Shown here: one piece after another, positions 37,200-50,687 of the stretch
Layout of the letters: each line of letters begins with the position of its first letter
Position numbering within the stretch: the stretch's first letter is position 1
NCBI GenBank assembly: GCA_038087875.1
Contig: CM075990.1
Span: 10,292,001-10,356,000, forward strand
Direction: 5' to 3'
Length of the DNA: 64,000 nt
Origin: Malacoraja senta
Lineage: Eukaryota
Translations under genes and position numbers: made by a program
The notes under the pieces: model-generated
Database searches by the model: none
Told to the model about the DNA's origin: nothing
The model's input: the letters and a program-made list of their open reading frames with translations, nothing else

Positions 37200-39170
37200 C
37201 CAGAGTCAAGAGTGTTTAATTGTCAAAGATAGACACAAAAAGCTGGAGTAATTCAGCGGGACAGACAGCATCTCTGGAGAGAAGGAATGGGTGACGTTTC
37301 GGGTCGAGACACCTTCTTCAGACTTAATCGTCATGGAACTGTTCCACAATGGAACAGTTACTTGCTGCAGTTTACTTACTTAGACTTAATTCCTCCCACA
37401 CTGTTGAGTGCATTGGGCAGCAAGCTTTTGCCATTCTGTTCGGTTATGCGTGACGTTTTCCACCCTCGATAGGTTTGCGTCCCGGGCTTACAAATCCTTA
37501 GGAATGTTCGCCTTCATGTGAGTTTTGGTCGGCCTCTTTTCCTTCTCCCATCAGGTTGCCATGTCATTGCTATCTTAGGTGCACGTTCTGGTGACATTCT
37601 GAGTACATGTCCTGCAAGTTTCATCCTGCGTATCTCTATGTCCTGGCTGAGAGGCTTTGTTGCAGTTTCCCGGTAGATCTCCTCGTTTGTGATGTGGTCT
37701 CTGTAGCTAGTCTTCAGGATCTTCCTCAAGCAGCGTTATTGGAATGCATCCAATTTATTTTTCATCTTCACATTGATTTTCCATGTCTCACTGGCATAGA
37801 GGGCTGTAGGGAGGACTATGGACTGGAAGAGCTTTACTTTTAGCATCTTGGATATCCCGCCACTAGACCATATTGGCTGCATTCTTCTGCAGTTTTACCA
37901 ATTCGGGAGTTGATGTCGATCTCTACATCTCCATCTACTGTGAACATGCTGCCAAGATTTGGTAAATCTTGTGGCGATTTCCACAGGTTCCCCATTGATT
38001 ATCAGTTGGCTGCAGTTTAATATGCCTAATAATGCAAAACACACAGATAAATATATATTAATCAATAACTAATAACCGCAATACCAGGTTATGCAAACAA
38101 TGCAAACATAAATGACTGTGGTGCAACGAAACGACAGTCCATAGAAGATCATAGTTGCTAATGTAGTAGTTAGTGTTGTTCGGTTTTTAAGAGCCTGATG
38201 GTTGCTGGAAGTAGCTGTTCTTGAAACTGGTTGTCATGGTTCTCAGGTTCCTGCACCTTCTTCCCGATGAAGATAACAAAATGAGAGTGTGACTAGAATG
38301 GTGTGGTTCTTTGATGATATTGACAGCCTTTTTGAGAGAGCACCTCTGATAGATCCTTTTTTTAATTAGGAGATCAATACCTACGATGGATGGGCAGCGT
38401 GTAACACTCTCTGCAGTCGCGAGTTGCTGAACCAGACCATGACATAACCCATCAGTATAGTCTCTACCATACACCTGCAGGAGTTTGACAGAGTATTCAT
38501 CCACATGCCAAACCTCCACAATCTTCAAAGAAAGTAGAGGCATTGTTGAGCTTTCTTTGTGATTGCATCAGTGCTGGGTAGGTTAGGATCAATGTGCAGG
38601 ATAGGACTTCAGAGACATGCATGCCCATGAACTTAAATCTATTGACTCTGCCCTCTGCTGTTCCATTGATTAAGACAGGTTTGTGGATCCCCGGCTTTCG
38701 CTTCCTGAAGTCAACAACCAGCTCTTTAGTCTTGCGTAACGAGAGCAAGATTGTTTTCCTGGCATCATTTAATCAGATTCTGTCCTCTGACTCACCATTA
38801 CCCAATATTCGTCCATCAACGGTGGTATCATTGGCAAATTTAAAGATGGTGTCAGAGCTGTGTCTGGCAACACAGTCATGGGTACAGAGAGAGTGGAGCA
38901 GGGGATTAAACATACAGCCTTGAGGTGCTGCTGTGTTAATGGTTATCGAGGAGGAAATGTTGCTAATTCATAGCGTCATACAGCATGGAAACGGGCCCAT
39001 CAGCCCAACTTGTACCTGATGTGCACTAGTCTACACTACATCTACACCAGTCGCACTTGCCTGTGTTTGGTCCATTTCCCTCTAAACCATTCCTATCCAT
39101 GAACCTTTCCAAATGTCTTTTAAATTTGTGCTGATTGTGGTCTGCCAATGAGGAAGTCATGGATCCAGTC
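37200..39170 (-). mobile_element. Rex1/Babar LINE 3' part, host of nested insertions
   Basis: KTKELVVDFRKR...FKFMGMHVSE; tail at 37200-37225. Confidence 0.85.
37375..38008 (-). mobile_element. RTE-clade LINE 3' fragment
   Basis: RKILKTSYRDHITNEEIY...RMKLAGHVLRM...WQPDGRRKRGRPK; (TAAG)n tail; 11-bp TSD GCTGCAGTTTA (37364-37374 / 38009-38019). Confidence 0.9.
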
Positions 39171-39863
39171 CAAGTTAAATTCCTCCAACTTAACCCTCTG
39201 TTTCTTGCACCTCAGATGCACCATTCTCAACCGTGTGTCCACATCCCATTAGGGCTTCACTCTCTTTGTTAATTCCACAACCTACAACGTGTCGCTAATG
39301 CTTGTGGACAGGACTGAGCTCTCTACTGAGGCAAGACCATGATGGGAGTCGAGATTAAGGACACCTAAAAAATCATCTGACCCAGTTGTGGATGTCTCAG
39401 GGATTCAATATTGGCTGATGAATGCAATCCCTTTTACCCCTGCAATGTGCACATTAAAAACGGATTTCTTGCCCACTGAATTATCGGGCCAGCATTACTT
39501 TGTCACAACTAGGCTGCTCTTCATTCACACATCATATTGTTTCAATGGGATTTAAGGAGGATTATTCCAGCCGGTATGACTTGCTCGTTTATCCGCACTG
39601 TCTCCTGCTGGCTCAGCCCAATAGTAGGAGGGGAAATAGCTTCAACGGAATGCTGCAGTTCCAAGCGCGATGTCTCTCATCATTGAGTCAGCAAGCTCTG
39701 TGACTTCATGCAAAGACGACCTTTTGACTGCAGTTTTCAATTACATGTTCCAGGTCCTGATGAGTCATCCTAACGACCACATTTACACATAACTAATTAA
39801 TGAAGTTCAAGATCACAATACATATTGGGCAGGATTTTGACAGGACATATGATGTTACTGACA

Positions 39864-39960
39864 TATTGTACAATGTACTATATTGTACTATACAAGCACT
39901 ATTGTACTATATTGTACCATGCTATACTGTTGTACTATATTGTACTATATCGTACAATGC
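39864..39960 (+). repeat. Degenerate 10-bp minisatellite (ATTGTACTAT)n
   Basis: Repeated TGTACTATAT units. Confidence 0.85.
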
Positions 39961-40679
39961 TAAACTTAGTCTAACCTAGAATATTAATATTATCCAGATA
40001 GACAGAATACTGGAGTAACTCAGCGTCAGGCAGCAAATGCTACCTGACCTGCTGAGTTACTCCAACATTTTGTGTCTACCGTATCTTCGGTGTAAACCAG
40101 TATCTGCAGTTCTTTGCCACACATATTAATATTCTCATTTGGTGTGCACGTATTATAATAAGGAATGATTAGATACAAATAAATTAATCTTGTTGCTAAA
40201 GAAATTAATACCAACAGATGATATTCTAGTTGATGAGTGTATTCCTGAAACTCTTAATTGACAGATTTACTATCCTTCCAATGGTATTCCTCTGTAAAAG
40301 ATTTCCCCGATGACCAAATCCACATCTTTTGCAGATATGGTGCCTGGTTTTTAGATTCTTATTTTGTCTGGTTAGTCACTGACCACAACTGTTTAATTGA
40401 TTAGTTTGCCTGAGGATAAAATAGACTACTCATTCTTCCACTGGCCAGTTGAATGTCCAAACCTTCGGATTGACAAGACTTTATATTTACATGAGAGCTT
40501 GCATGGGCAAATGTGGATGACATAACAAATCTTGCTGGTGCTCAGTGTATCGTGAGACTAGAGGAAGCGGTTTTAAATCAAAGTGCAGCCGTGATTTATA
40601 AATAGCCAGCGTCTAATCCAGTCAACCTGTTGCTGCTTTTCTAAACTTTGTGAAGTTAATTACAATTTTTTTATATTTA

Positions 40680-40982
40680 GGGCGGCACGGTGGCGTAGTG
40701 GTAGAGTTGTTGCCCTACAGCGCCAGAGACCTGGGTTCGATCCCGACTACGAGTCCTGTCTGTACGGAGTTTACGTTCTCTCCGTGACCACGTGGGTTTT
40801 CACCCGGGTGCTCCGGTTTCCCTCCACACTCCAAAGACATGCAGTTTGTAGGTTAATAGGCTTCGGCAGTGAAAAGGATACAGGATGCTAACGCTAGTGT
40901 ATGGGGATCGCTGGTCGGCGCAGACTCAGTGGGTGGAAGGGCCTGTTTTTGTGCTGTATCTCTAAATTAAACTAAATAAACT
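40680..40982 (+). mobile_element. V-SINE (HE1-like), full length
   Basis: tRNA head GGCACGGTGGCG..GGTTCGATCC, V domain CTGTACGGAGTTT..GTTCTC, CR1-like tail, (TAAAC)n. Confidence 0.9.
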
Positions 40983-41869
40983 ATGTCATCCTTCAGCTGA
41001 ACAGTCAAGAAGAAGACTGAGATAAAATAAGATTAGAAACTTTACTAGAAATAGAACTATTCCTTACAACCATTGATATAATAGCATTTATGCACTGAAA
41101 AAAATAATTGCCTGTAGATCTAGACTAAATACCCCAGAACTACCTACCAACAGCACAGAAGGCTGTGGAGGCCAAGTCAATGATATTTTTAAGGCAGAGA
41201 TGGATAGATTCTTGATTAGTAGGGAGAAGGCAGGAGAATGGGGTTAGGAGGGAGAGATAGATCAGCCATGAATGAATGGCAGGGTGGACTTAATGGACCA
41301 AATGGTCTAATTCTGCTCCTATCACTTATGTCCTTATGACTACAGAATGGCTGCAACAGTTCACGAGCGTGGTTCACTATCTTCTCGAGGGTAATTTGCA
41401 AAGGAGAATCAATGCTGACTTTGCCAAAGATGATAGACCTTGTAAAGTGAATAAAAACAATTACAGTCTTTTTTGTATTTCATTCTCAAACTCCTAAACT
41501 AATCTCGAATCCTTTAAAAGTACAATATTAATCAATGTATTTGTTTCCAATATCTCCATGAGAAAAGCCATACCAGATCCATTGTTGACAGATATTCTTG
41601 GAGCAGGGAAAGGCAAAGAACCTGAAACTCTGGGCCAGAGGTCAGCTGCACTGAAAATATGTATCCCTGACTCAAATTGTCCCCTTAGATTCCATTGTAG
41701 CTGTTGTTGAAGAAGTGGGGGAAGATGGTAAGTGGAGGAGTGGTTGTAAGTAATTGGGAGGGCTGGTGGTGTGATGGCTGTGGACATATCTTCCTTTGTC
41801 CTCAAGGGTGTATACTAGAATGGAAACACTGGATACCCTGTGATTTCTGTCCTTTATTGACTCAATAAA

Positions 41870-42440
41870 CTCTAGCATAGAACAGCAGAGGAACAGGCCC
41901 TTCAGCCCACAATATCCAAACCTGATGCCAAGGTAAATTAATCTCATTTGCATGCACATCATCCCATTTGTTCCCTTCCCTGCAGATCATGTGCCTATCG
42001 AAAAGCCTCTTGAACACCACTATCGTATCTGCCTTCTCCACCACCCATGGCAAGTGTGCTCCAGGCACTCCTAACCTTTGTTTGAAACATTTCCCCTGCA
42101 CATCTCCTTTAAACATTGCCCCGTATAAAGCTGTCCTTGAGTCTTTGATATTTCCACCCTGGGAAAAAAGATTCTGACTGTCCACCTTATCTATGCCTCC
42201 CATAATGTTTATATACTTATTTTGTCTCCCCTCAACCCCCAGCGTTCCAGAGAAAACCATCTAAAACTGTCCAACCTCTTCTTTTAGCTAATCTACCCTA
42301 TCCAGGCTTCGTTCTGGTAAACCTATTCTGCACACTTTCCAAAGCCTCCACATTCTCCCTGTATTGGAATGACCAGAACTGCTCACAATACTCCAAATGC
42401 GGCCTTACCAGAGTCCGATAAAGCTGCATCATGACTTCCT
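41870..42440 (-). mobile_element. CR1 LINE 3' part
   Basis: Similar to other CR1 copies; IMGGIDKVDSQNLF; (TTCTA)-type tail. Confidence 0.85.
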
Positions 42441-43249
42441 GAGCAGAAGTAGTATGACCATTTTATACGGCTTATAACAACGAATACAACTATTTATTTC
42501 AAGGGTATCAATGGGCTTGTTAAACTTACTCAATTAGAAGCAAGCACAATCATAAGTTAAGGATTGTCCCTTTAAAAGTTCTGGAACCCATCCCCAATAT
42601 ATGGGAATCACCTGTACCCTGGCACGAAGTTTCTTTCACAAGTTTCTTTCACTCTTTCACATTTGCTCTGGTCACTTAATAACACTTATTCTCAGACTTA
42701 TACATTTCATTTAGATCACACGTAATTTCAGTTTAAACATATCATTTTATCTATTACTTCCATGCATCAAGAAACAAGTGAATAACAAATAGCAGTTTCT
42801 GTGTTCAAAGCAAACATTACTGTGCATATTATTTTCCAAGGACTTGAAATATATGCTTAAATATATAAACTTATAAGAAGTTTCACATGCAATATATAAT
42901 CAGAAAATATATAATCAGAAAATAAATGCTTGGCTTGAATTTGAATATTCCTGGCGCATCCAACTCTTTTGTAAATAAATCCAAACCTTACTTAAACAAT
43001 ATTGTCCATTGTTTTTAACTGCAGTATATACAGAGATACTTGGCTACATGCCATCCCTTAATCAAGTCAGACATCAGCGGTTATTGCACGTGAAGACTTC
43101 TATCTCAGTAACTCCATCTGTGTGAAATTCTCAGTAAAAATGGACGCCTCCTCTTTATAATATTTGCTACATGGAAATGTGACATGGAATGTTATTTGAT
43201 GCAGTTGACCATAAAATTTAAAGTGGAAGGGATGGTGTTTGAATTATAC

Positions 43250-43900
43250 AATGATACAATGTTAGCATTCATTTCAAGAGGACTGGAATATAGAAGTAGG
43301 GATGTAATATCGAGGCTTCATAGGGCACTGATCAGATTGCATTTGGAGTACTGTGAGTCATTTTGGGCCCCATAACTGAGGAGGGGAACGCTGGCATTGG
43401 AGACGGTCCAGACGAGGTTTACAAGAATGATCTGGGTGATGATTGAGTTGACATATGATGAACATTTGATGGCACTGGACCTGTACTCGCTGGAGTTCAG
43501 TAGGATGAGGGGGGATTTCACTGGAACTTACCGAATAATGAAAGGCCTGGATAGAGTGAAGATGGAGAGGATGTTTCCACAAGTGGGAGAGTCTAGGATC
43601 AGAGGGTACAGCCTCATAATAAAAGAATGTGTCTTCAGAAAGGAGATGAGGAGGAATTTTTGTAGCCAGAGGGTGGTGATTCTGTGGATTCATTGCCACA
43701 GACAGCTATGGAGGCTAAGTCTTTGGGTATTTTTAAGGCAGATATTGATAGGTTCATGATTAGTAAGGGTGTCAAAGGTTATAGGGAGAGGACAGGAGAA
43801 TGGGATTAAGAGGGAGAGATAGATTAGCCATGATTGAATGACAGAGTAGAGTTGATTGGCCAAATGGCCTAATTCTGTATTTATGTCTTATGAACATGAA
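43250..43900 (+). mobile_element. CR1 LINE 3' part
   Basis: MLAFISRGLEYRS, LHLEYCESFWAP, RMRGDFTGTYRI. Confidence 0.92.
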
Positions 43901-44449
43901 AAGCAAAGACTGATACAGAATCTCTGACAGCAATTGTAAGAATTCCTACTCTTTTGTTGATGTTTCCCCAGATTTAAGAGGATAGACTTAGCTTTCTCAC
44001 TGTTACATTTCCTTTTCTATTTCCATTAATTTTTGTTCCTATTTCAGTATTTCTACATCACTTATATGTATTTACAGCACTAACCTGTATGTGTAGCTCT
44101 TTGCGATGTAGTTATGACCTAATTTTACTTTTTCTGCAGAAGAATCTGCCACCCCATGTTTGATGAAGGGGGCCGGTTAAGAATATTGGCTAGAATTTGA
44201 CGTATCCTTTCATCGAAGACATGAACAGTAACTTAAAATGCCCAACCTTCACTGTCATGGCAATGTGGAGCAAATATCCACTTATCTGACATGATATGAG
44301 GATGCTCTAGAGACATTCTAAAGATCATAATGACTTACTAATGCAGTTAATTTATCAAACCGCTCAGAACACAGAGACTGCAGATAAGGGGAATATATAT
44401 TTCATGTTCCGTCAGATCCTGAATCTGTCAGGGAGTTTTGTGCTCCTCT

Positions 44450-44825
44450 ACAATAGAACATAGAACAGTACAGCACTTTGCCCCATGATATCTTTGCTGA
44501 TCCCGATGCCAATTTAAACTAATCCCATCTGCCCGCACATGGTCTATATCCCTTCATTCTCTGCCTGTCCGTGCACCTGTCTAAATGCCTCTTGAACATT
44601 GCTATCATATCTGCTTCCACCACTTCCCCTGTCCACGCATTCCAGGCATCTGCCACTCTCTGTATAAAAAACCTGCCCTGTAAAAGTTTAAACTTTCTCC
44701 CTCTCGCCTTAAAGCTATGTCTTCTAGTGCTTGGTATGTCGACCCCGGGAAAAGACTCTGACTATCTGTCTTATCTGTGCCTCTCATAATTGTGCATAGT
44801 TCTGTCAGGTTACCCTTGCACTTAA
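44450..44825 (-). mobile_element. CR1 LINE 3' end
   Basis: IMRGTDKTDSQSLFP; tail matching other copies. Confidence 0.8.
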
Positions 44826-45069
44826 AGTTCACATGTTAAAAAAATTTTAAACCCAGAAGTCTAAGAAATTATATCCTCTAGTGAGTACCGCGATATTCCT
44901 GGATTCTGTGAAAACCAAAGTGATTCACTGATACTCTTCAGGAAAGGAAATAATGTTGAGTGAATCAGAAAAGAGGCTTTACTTTGCAGTTTCATCACAA
45001 CTGCCTCCTCATCAAAGGTTGGACACTTGGGTGCCAGTGTCATCAGGACCAACACATATAAAACATATA

Positions 45070-45425
45070 AAATTATAAAATTATAAAAGGACTGGACAAG
45101 CTAGATGCAGGAAAAATGTTCCCAATGTTGGGTGAGTCCAGAACCAGGGGCCACAGTCTTAGAATAAAGGGGAAGCCATTTAAGACTGAGTTGAGAAAAA
45201 ACGTTTTCACCCAGAGAGTTGTGAATTTGTGGAATTCCCTGCCACAGAGGGCAGTGGAGGCCAAGTCACTGGATGGATTTAAAAGAGAGTTAGATAGAGC
45301 TCTAGGGGCTAGTGGAATCAAGGGATATGGGGAGAAGGCAGGCACGGGTTATTGATTGGGGACGATCAGCCATGATCACAATGAACGGCCTCCTCCTGCA
45401 CCTATTTTCTATGTTTCTATGTTAT
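45070..45425 (+). mobile_element. CR1 LINE 3' end (young)
   Basis: MFPMLGESRTRGHSLRIKGKPFKTELRKNVFTQRVVNLWNSLP; (TTTCTATG)n tail. Confidence 0.92.
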
Positions 45426-45439
45426 GTAACACAACAGCA

Positions 45440-46045
45440 GACCAAATGTATAGGAAGGAACTTCAGATGCTGGATTACACCAAAGATAGACACAAGACTA
45501 AGAGTCAGAGGAGAGGAAAACTCGAGATATGGAAAGGTACAGAGAGAATGTGAGGTGTGAAAATGAAAGATCAAAGCAGATGCTGTTCAAGGAAATGTCG
45601 AATGGTTTATCGACCCAAAACGTCACCTTTTCTCCAGAGATGCCATCTGACCCGCTGAGTTACTCCAGCTTTTTGTGTCCATCTTCGATTTAAACCAACA
45701 TCTGCAGTTCCTTCCAACACATGGTTCATTGTTGGCTGAGGGGAAGGTGACAACGAGGCATACAAACAATAACCTATCACCTTTCAATGCTGCTTTGAGA
45801 AGCACCAGCTGCAGCTATGATTTCCCTGCCAGTGGTGGGGCATTTTGCTGCTGTAACTGCTTCTCAGGAACAAGCTTGTAAATGGCCATTCTGAAACGCA
45901 AGGCCAATATTCCAACATCAGTCCCGACCTGAAACATCGCCTATACATGTTCTCCAGGGATGTTGCCTGACCCGCTGAGTTACCCCAGCACTTTGTGTCT
46001 CTTTTCATTTTGTATATCAGCATCTGCAGTTCCTTGTTTCTATAA
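45440..46045. mobile_element. Cluster of Penelope-terminus-derived fragments
   Basis: Several family arms in both orientations. Confidence 0.65.
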
Positions 46046-46229
46046 TATTCTAACGTTAGGACACACTTCAGAGTTTAAATAAACCCACGCATTTACTGAG
46101 TGTAAGAAATGGATTAACACTTTTTTGTTGGATGCCATTACTTGTGAAAATGATTCTGGCAACACATTGGTTGACCCTGGTTAAGTTACTAGGTGAGTGA
46201 GATCTGTAAGGATGCTGAATGGGAGGTAT

Positions 46230-47235
46230 CTGTTGTCATGAGTGGATTAAGAGATGGAATGAGTAGCATGAGAGAAGAGCTGGCCAAGGTAGACTGGAAA
46301 GGGATCCCAGCAGGAATGATGGTGGAACAGCAATGGCAGGAATTTCTGGGCATAATCCGGAAGACGCAGGATCATTTCATTCCAAAAAGGAAGAAAGATT
46401 CTAAGGGGAGTAGGAGGCAACCGTGGCTGACAAGATAAGTTAGGGATAGAATAAAACTAAAAGAAAAGATGTATAACACAGCAAAGAGTAGCCGGAAGCC
46501 AGAGGATTGGGAAACTTTCACAGGACAACAGAAGGAAGCAAAACGGGCAATACGGACTGAAAAGATGAAGTACGAGGGGAAGCTGGCCAGGAATATAAAG
46601 AAGGACAGTAAAAGCTTCTTTAGATATGTTAAGGGAAAAAGAGTAGCAAAGTCAAATCTGGGTCCCTTGAAGGCAGACACGGGTGAAATTATTATGGGTA
46701 ACAAGGAAATGGCAGAATAGTTGAACAGGTACTTTGGATCTGTCTTCACTTAGGAAGACACAAACAATCTCCCAGATGTACTGGAGGACAGAGGATCTAA
46801 GGGGATAGAGGAACTGAAATAAATTTTCATTAGGCGAGAAATAGTATTGGGTAGGCTAATGGGACTGAAGGATGATAAATCCCCTGGTCTGCATCCCAGG
46901 GTCCTCAGGGAGGTGGCTCTAGAAACAGTGGACGCATTGGTGATCATGTTCCAATGTTCAATAGATTCAGGATCAGTTCCTGTGGATTGGAGGATAGCTA
47001 ATGTTATTCCACTTTTCAAGAAAGGAGCGAGAGAGAAAACAGGGAATTACAGACCAGTTAGCCTGACTTCGGTGGTGGGAAAGATGCTAGAGTCAATTAT
47101 TAAGGAGGTAATAATGGGGCATTTGGATAGCAGTAAAAGGATTAGTCCAAGTCAACATGGATTTATGAAAGAGAAATCTTCTGGAATTTTTTGAAGATGT
47201 GACAAGTAAAATGGATGAAGGGGAGCCAGTGGATT
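46230..47235 (+). mobile_element. CR1 ORF2 central fragment (EN-RT linker and RT N-terminus)
   Basis: QPWLTR, KSFFRYVK, DWRIANVIPLFKKG, GNYRPVSLTSVVGKMLE, SQHGFMK; several premature stops. Confidence 0.93.
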
Positions 47236-47699
47236 TAGTGTCTGAGGAGCATAATCAAGGACAGCAGGTGAGATGCTTCTGGAATGACGTGAATGCATCC
47301 TGACTTTTTAAGTAGGTTGCACACATGAAGCCTGAATTGAGGCAAGTAACCATCTCAGAATATATTTGTCAAGTTTGAGTTCACCACTGTATGAGTGTAA
47401 CAATTAGACAAAGTTTGTTAAAGAACCAGCACACAGGCAAAGATAAGCATTGTGTTCAGATAATGAACAGATGATAAGCATTTCACTAATTTAAGGATTA
47501 TCTTTCTCTAGTGAGTGGTTGTGTAGTCAGCTGATATAATGTCCTTGCAATGTAGGCAGTAACTAATAACATGTTCTAAATATTTGCCACTGCAAAAGAC
47601 AGGATTAGAAACTTTAATGAGTTGTAAGTCATGCAGATCTATCATCACACATCAGGCAGACCCCTCTTCTGCAATATGTGCACTACTGATCTTCCAGGT

Positions 47700-47940
47700 A
47701 CCTGCCAGAGTCACCAGTGATGGTGGCCCACTCCCCATCATCATCTCCACCCTCTTCCTCCTGTGGGTCCTGCTGTGCTTCCTCCTCTTGTTGGATGCTT
47801 CTAGGTGAAGGCTCTCTGCCCTTTGCTACTCTGTGTGATTAGCAGCAATGGATGATGGAGGGAGACTGGTCTGAAGAGCAGTGGAGGCCTCCCCCAGACT
47901 GGTGCAGATGTCAACAACTTGTTCAGATGAGGCCAATAGT
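47700..47940 (-). pseudogene. Decayed Harbinger/HARBI1-type DDE transposase C-terminus
   Basis: One frame reads TIGLI*TSC*HLHQSGGGLHCSSDQSPSIIHCC*SHRVA followed by an acidic tail, matching the recalled Harbinger motif TIGLLKxRFRCLDRSGGALQYSP..II..CC.LHN.A. Confidence 0.6.
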
Positions 47941-48041
47941 AACCTCCTCTAAGCTTTCATGACATCACGTGCTGTTCCAGTGATTGCAATGTCAGAGGCA
48001 TGAGAAGTGCTCAGTGTCAGTGATTGCAATGTCAGAGGCAT

Positions 48042-48215
48042 GAGTTAGATAGAGCTCTAGGGGTTAGTGGAATCAAGGGATATGGGGAGAAAGCAGGCAC
48101 GGGTTATTGATTTGGGACGATCAGCCATGATCACAATGAATGGCGGTGCTGGCTCAAAGGGCCGAATGGCCTCCTCCTGCATCTAGTTTCTATGCGTCTA
48201 TGTTTCTATGTTTCA
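48042..48215 (+). mobile_element. CR1 3'UTR fragment
   Basis: Near-identical to 45287-45425. Confidence 0.85.
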
Positions 48216-48979
48216 AAGTGGATGAGGGGCTAATCATTATCCCGCGGTTTTCTCCAGAGATGTTGCCTGACCCACTGAGTTACCCCAGCATTTTGTGCCA
48301 ATCACAATCACAATCACAATAATACTTTATTAGCCAAGTATGTTTTGCAACATACGAGGAATTTCATTTGCCAAGTCAGTCATACAAATAAAAAGCAACA
48401 GAACACACCAAACACATTTTAACATCAACATCCACCACAGAGACTCCACATTCCTCACTGTGATGGAAGGCAAAAAAAAGTTCAATCTCTTCCCTTAGCT
48501 CTCCTGCGGTCGGTGGCTAAGAGATAGGTGGATACAGGTGAGGAAGAGTGGGGGTGACTGACAGATGGGTGGGGTAAATGAAAAAGGCTGGAGGTGAAAT
48601 GGAGCCAAAAGGGTGTGATATAAATAAAGAGGAAGAGAAAAATGTAAAGCCTGAGGAAGGAAGTGGGTGGATCTCTTAGGGATGGGTTACACTCAGAATA
48701 AAGGGTTGGCTGTTCAAGAATGAGATGATGAGGGGTGGCAAATCTTTTGAAAACTCTCGTCTGGAGAACAGTCAAGGGTTCCATTGCCGAATTCATTCAA
48801 AATAGGGAATAATAAATTTCTCAATATTAACAGCATCAAGGAATATGGGTATGCTGCAGGAAAAATGGCACGGAGATAGAAGATCAGCCATCACCTCGAT
48901 GGCTGGTAGAACAGGCTCAAAGGGCCAGATGACCAACCTTCTCCCATTTATTATGGAAACAATCCGTCATACTGTATGT

Positions 48980-49085
48980 GTGATTCAAAATATTTTGGCG
49001 ACACTTTAATCCGTTCAAAATCTTTTGGCGACACAGATATGACGCCAGCAGTCGCTGAAAAAAATCGCCAAGTGGGACAGTCCCT
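48980..49085. mobile_element. Harbinger MITE fragment (one TIR)
   Basis: Ends CCAAGTGGGACAGTCCCT followed by TAA; duplicated TTCAAAATMTTTTGGCGACAC inside. Confidence 0.7.
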
Positions 49086-49729
49086 TAAGTAGAGGAGTTG
49101 GAAATCCACACATATATGTTGAGGAAAATTATTGCATCTGGTAGGTTCTCACTATGAAATTGTTGGTCATGGAGTCAAAAATTTACAAGCCATTTATCCA
49201 AATCTAATTTGATTTTCAAACAATTCTGAGACACCATAATTGCCTTTATTTGCCACAGTAAGTACTTCTGCAGAGATTTTGAAGGAGCAAGTGAGGTGAG
49301 CAGTAAATATAGCACTAATCCGCCTGCCGCCACACTAGCAATTGGCCATGGAGCAGAAATCCACCAGGGATATAGCAAAATCTACAACACCAAATAATAA
49401 ATATATTCATAAAAATAATAAAACCAGTTATAAATATATACTTAGCACATACTTCCAAAAGTCCACATTTTTAACACTGTCTTATCACTTAAAAAGGCAT
49501 AGCCATTCTCCAAAATCATGAACAATGCCACACTCGGCATTATTAATTGCCATGACTCTCCATTAGACTATAGTTACATGAAATGAAATATACATTGTGC
49601 ATCACTATGAGCTCACAATTTAGATACATATCTGCAGCCTCGTTTAACAAGGCATGATTGAAAATCTCAGCAGAAATGCTGGAGATCGTGACAAATAAGA
49701 CAGGCTCCCTGGAAACAGATAAAGTTTCA

Positions 49730-50030
49730 GTCATAGAGTAATACAGTGTGGAAACAGGCCCTTCGGCCCAATTTTCCCACACCAGCCAACATGTCCAGCT
49801 ACACTAATCCCACCTGTCTGCGTTTGATCCATATTCCTCCAAACCTGTCCTATCCATCCATGTACCTGTCTAACAGTTTCTTAAATGTTGGGATAGTCCC
49901 AGCCTCAACTACCTCCTCTGGCAGCTTGTTCCATACACCCACCACCCTTTGTGTGAAAAAGTTTCCCCTCAGATTCCTATGAAATCTTTTTCCCCTTCAC
50001 CTTAAAGCTATGTCCTCTAGTCCTCAATTC
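49730..50030 (-). mobile_element. CR1 LINE 3' end
   Basis: Same subfamily as 61380-61545 (plus). Confidence 0.85.
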
Positions 50031-50114
50031 AGCTTAATGTTAAAAAAAACCCATCAGAATTAATTAAATTATTTAAATAAGCTCAGAAGAAAGATTATTG
50101 ATTTGTAACATTAA

Positions 50115-50687
50115 AGGGGCTGTCCCACTTGGGCGACCTAATTGGCGAGTTTAGAAGAGTTTTTAAAAATGACATGTTGAAGACCTCCTTCGACTATGTA
50201 GAAGACCTCCTTCGACCTCCTTCGACTATGTTGAAGGCCAGCTTCGACTAGCTACGACGAACTTAGGGAAAATTGGACACCGAATAGTGGAGAGTGAAGA
50301 CGACCTCCTTCGATCTCCTTCGACCTCCCTTTGACCTCCCTTCGACTACGATGAAGACTATCTACGACTACCTTTGGCTACCTTTGACTACCCTCAATTA
50401 CCTACGACTAACATGCCAACCTACTACGACCTACTACGACTAAACCTACGAGTAAAAAAAGTATCGGTTATTTGCCGTGGCGACTTTTTTTTACTTGCGG
50501 GCATTTTTTAACATATTGAAAAAAAACGCCATGACCTAGCTGAGGCCTCGAGTAAACGGGGACTACTCTCGAGCATGAAGGAGTTACGAAGACCTCCTTC
50601 GACCTCGTGTCAACCATGCTGCGAGTATGAGTCGAGGGCAAACTCGCCAGAACTCGCGGATTAGGTCACCCAAGTGGGACAGGCCCT
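50115..50687. mobile_element. PIF/Harbinger-type non-autonomous element
   Basis: 28-bp TIR AGGG(G/C)CTGTCCCACTTGGGYGACCTAAT, TAA TSD, internal CGACCTCCTT/CGACTA repeats. Confidence 0.88.

Noticed and set aside
46193-47194. Active reverse transcriptase gene
   Set aside because: Multiple stops and truncation at both ends; dead CR1 fragment.
50180-50450. CGACCTCCTT/CGACTA repeats resembling an array
   Set aside because: Irregular internal repeats of a TIR element; no constant repeat-spacer pattern, so not CRISPR.
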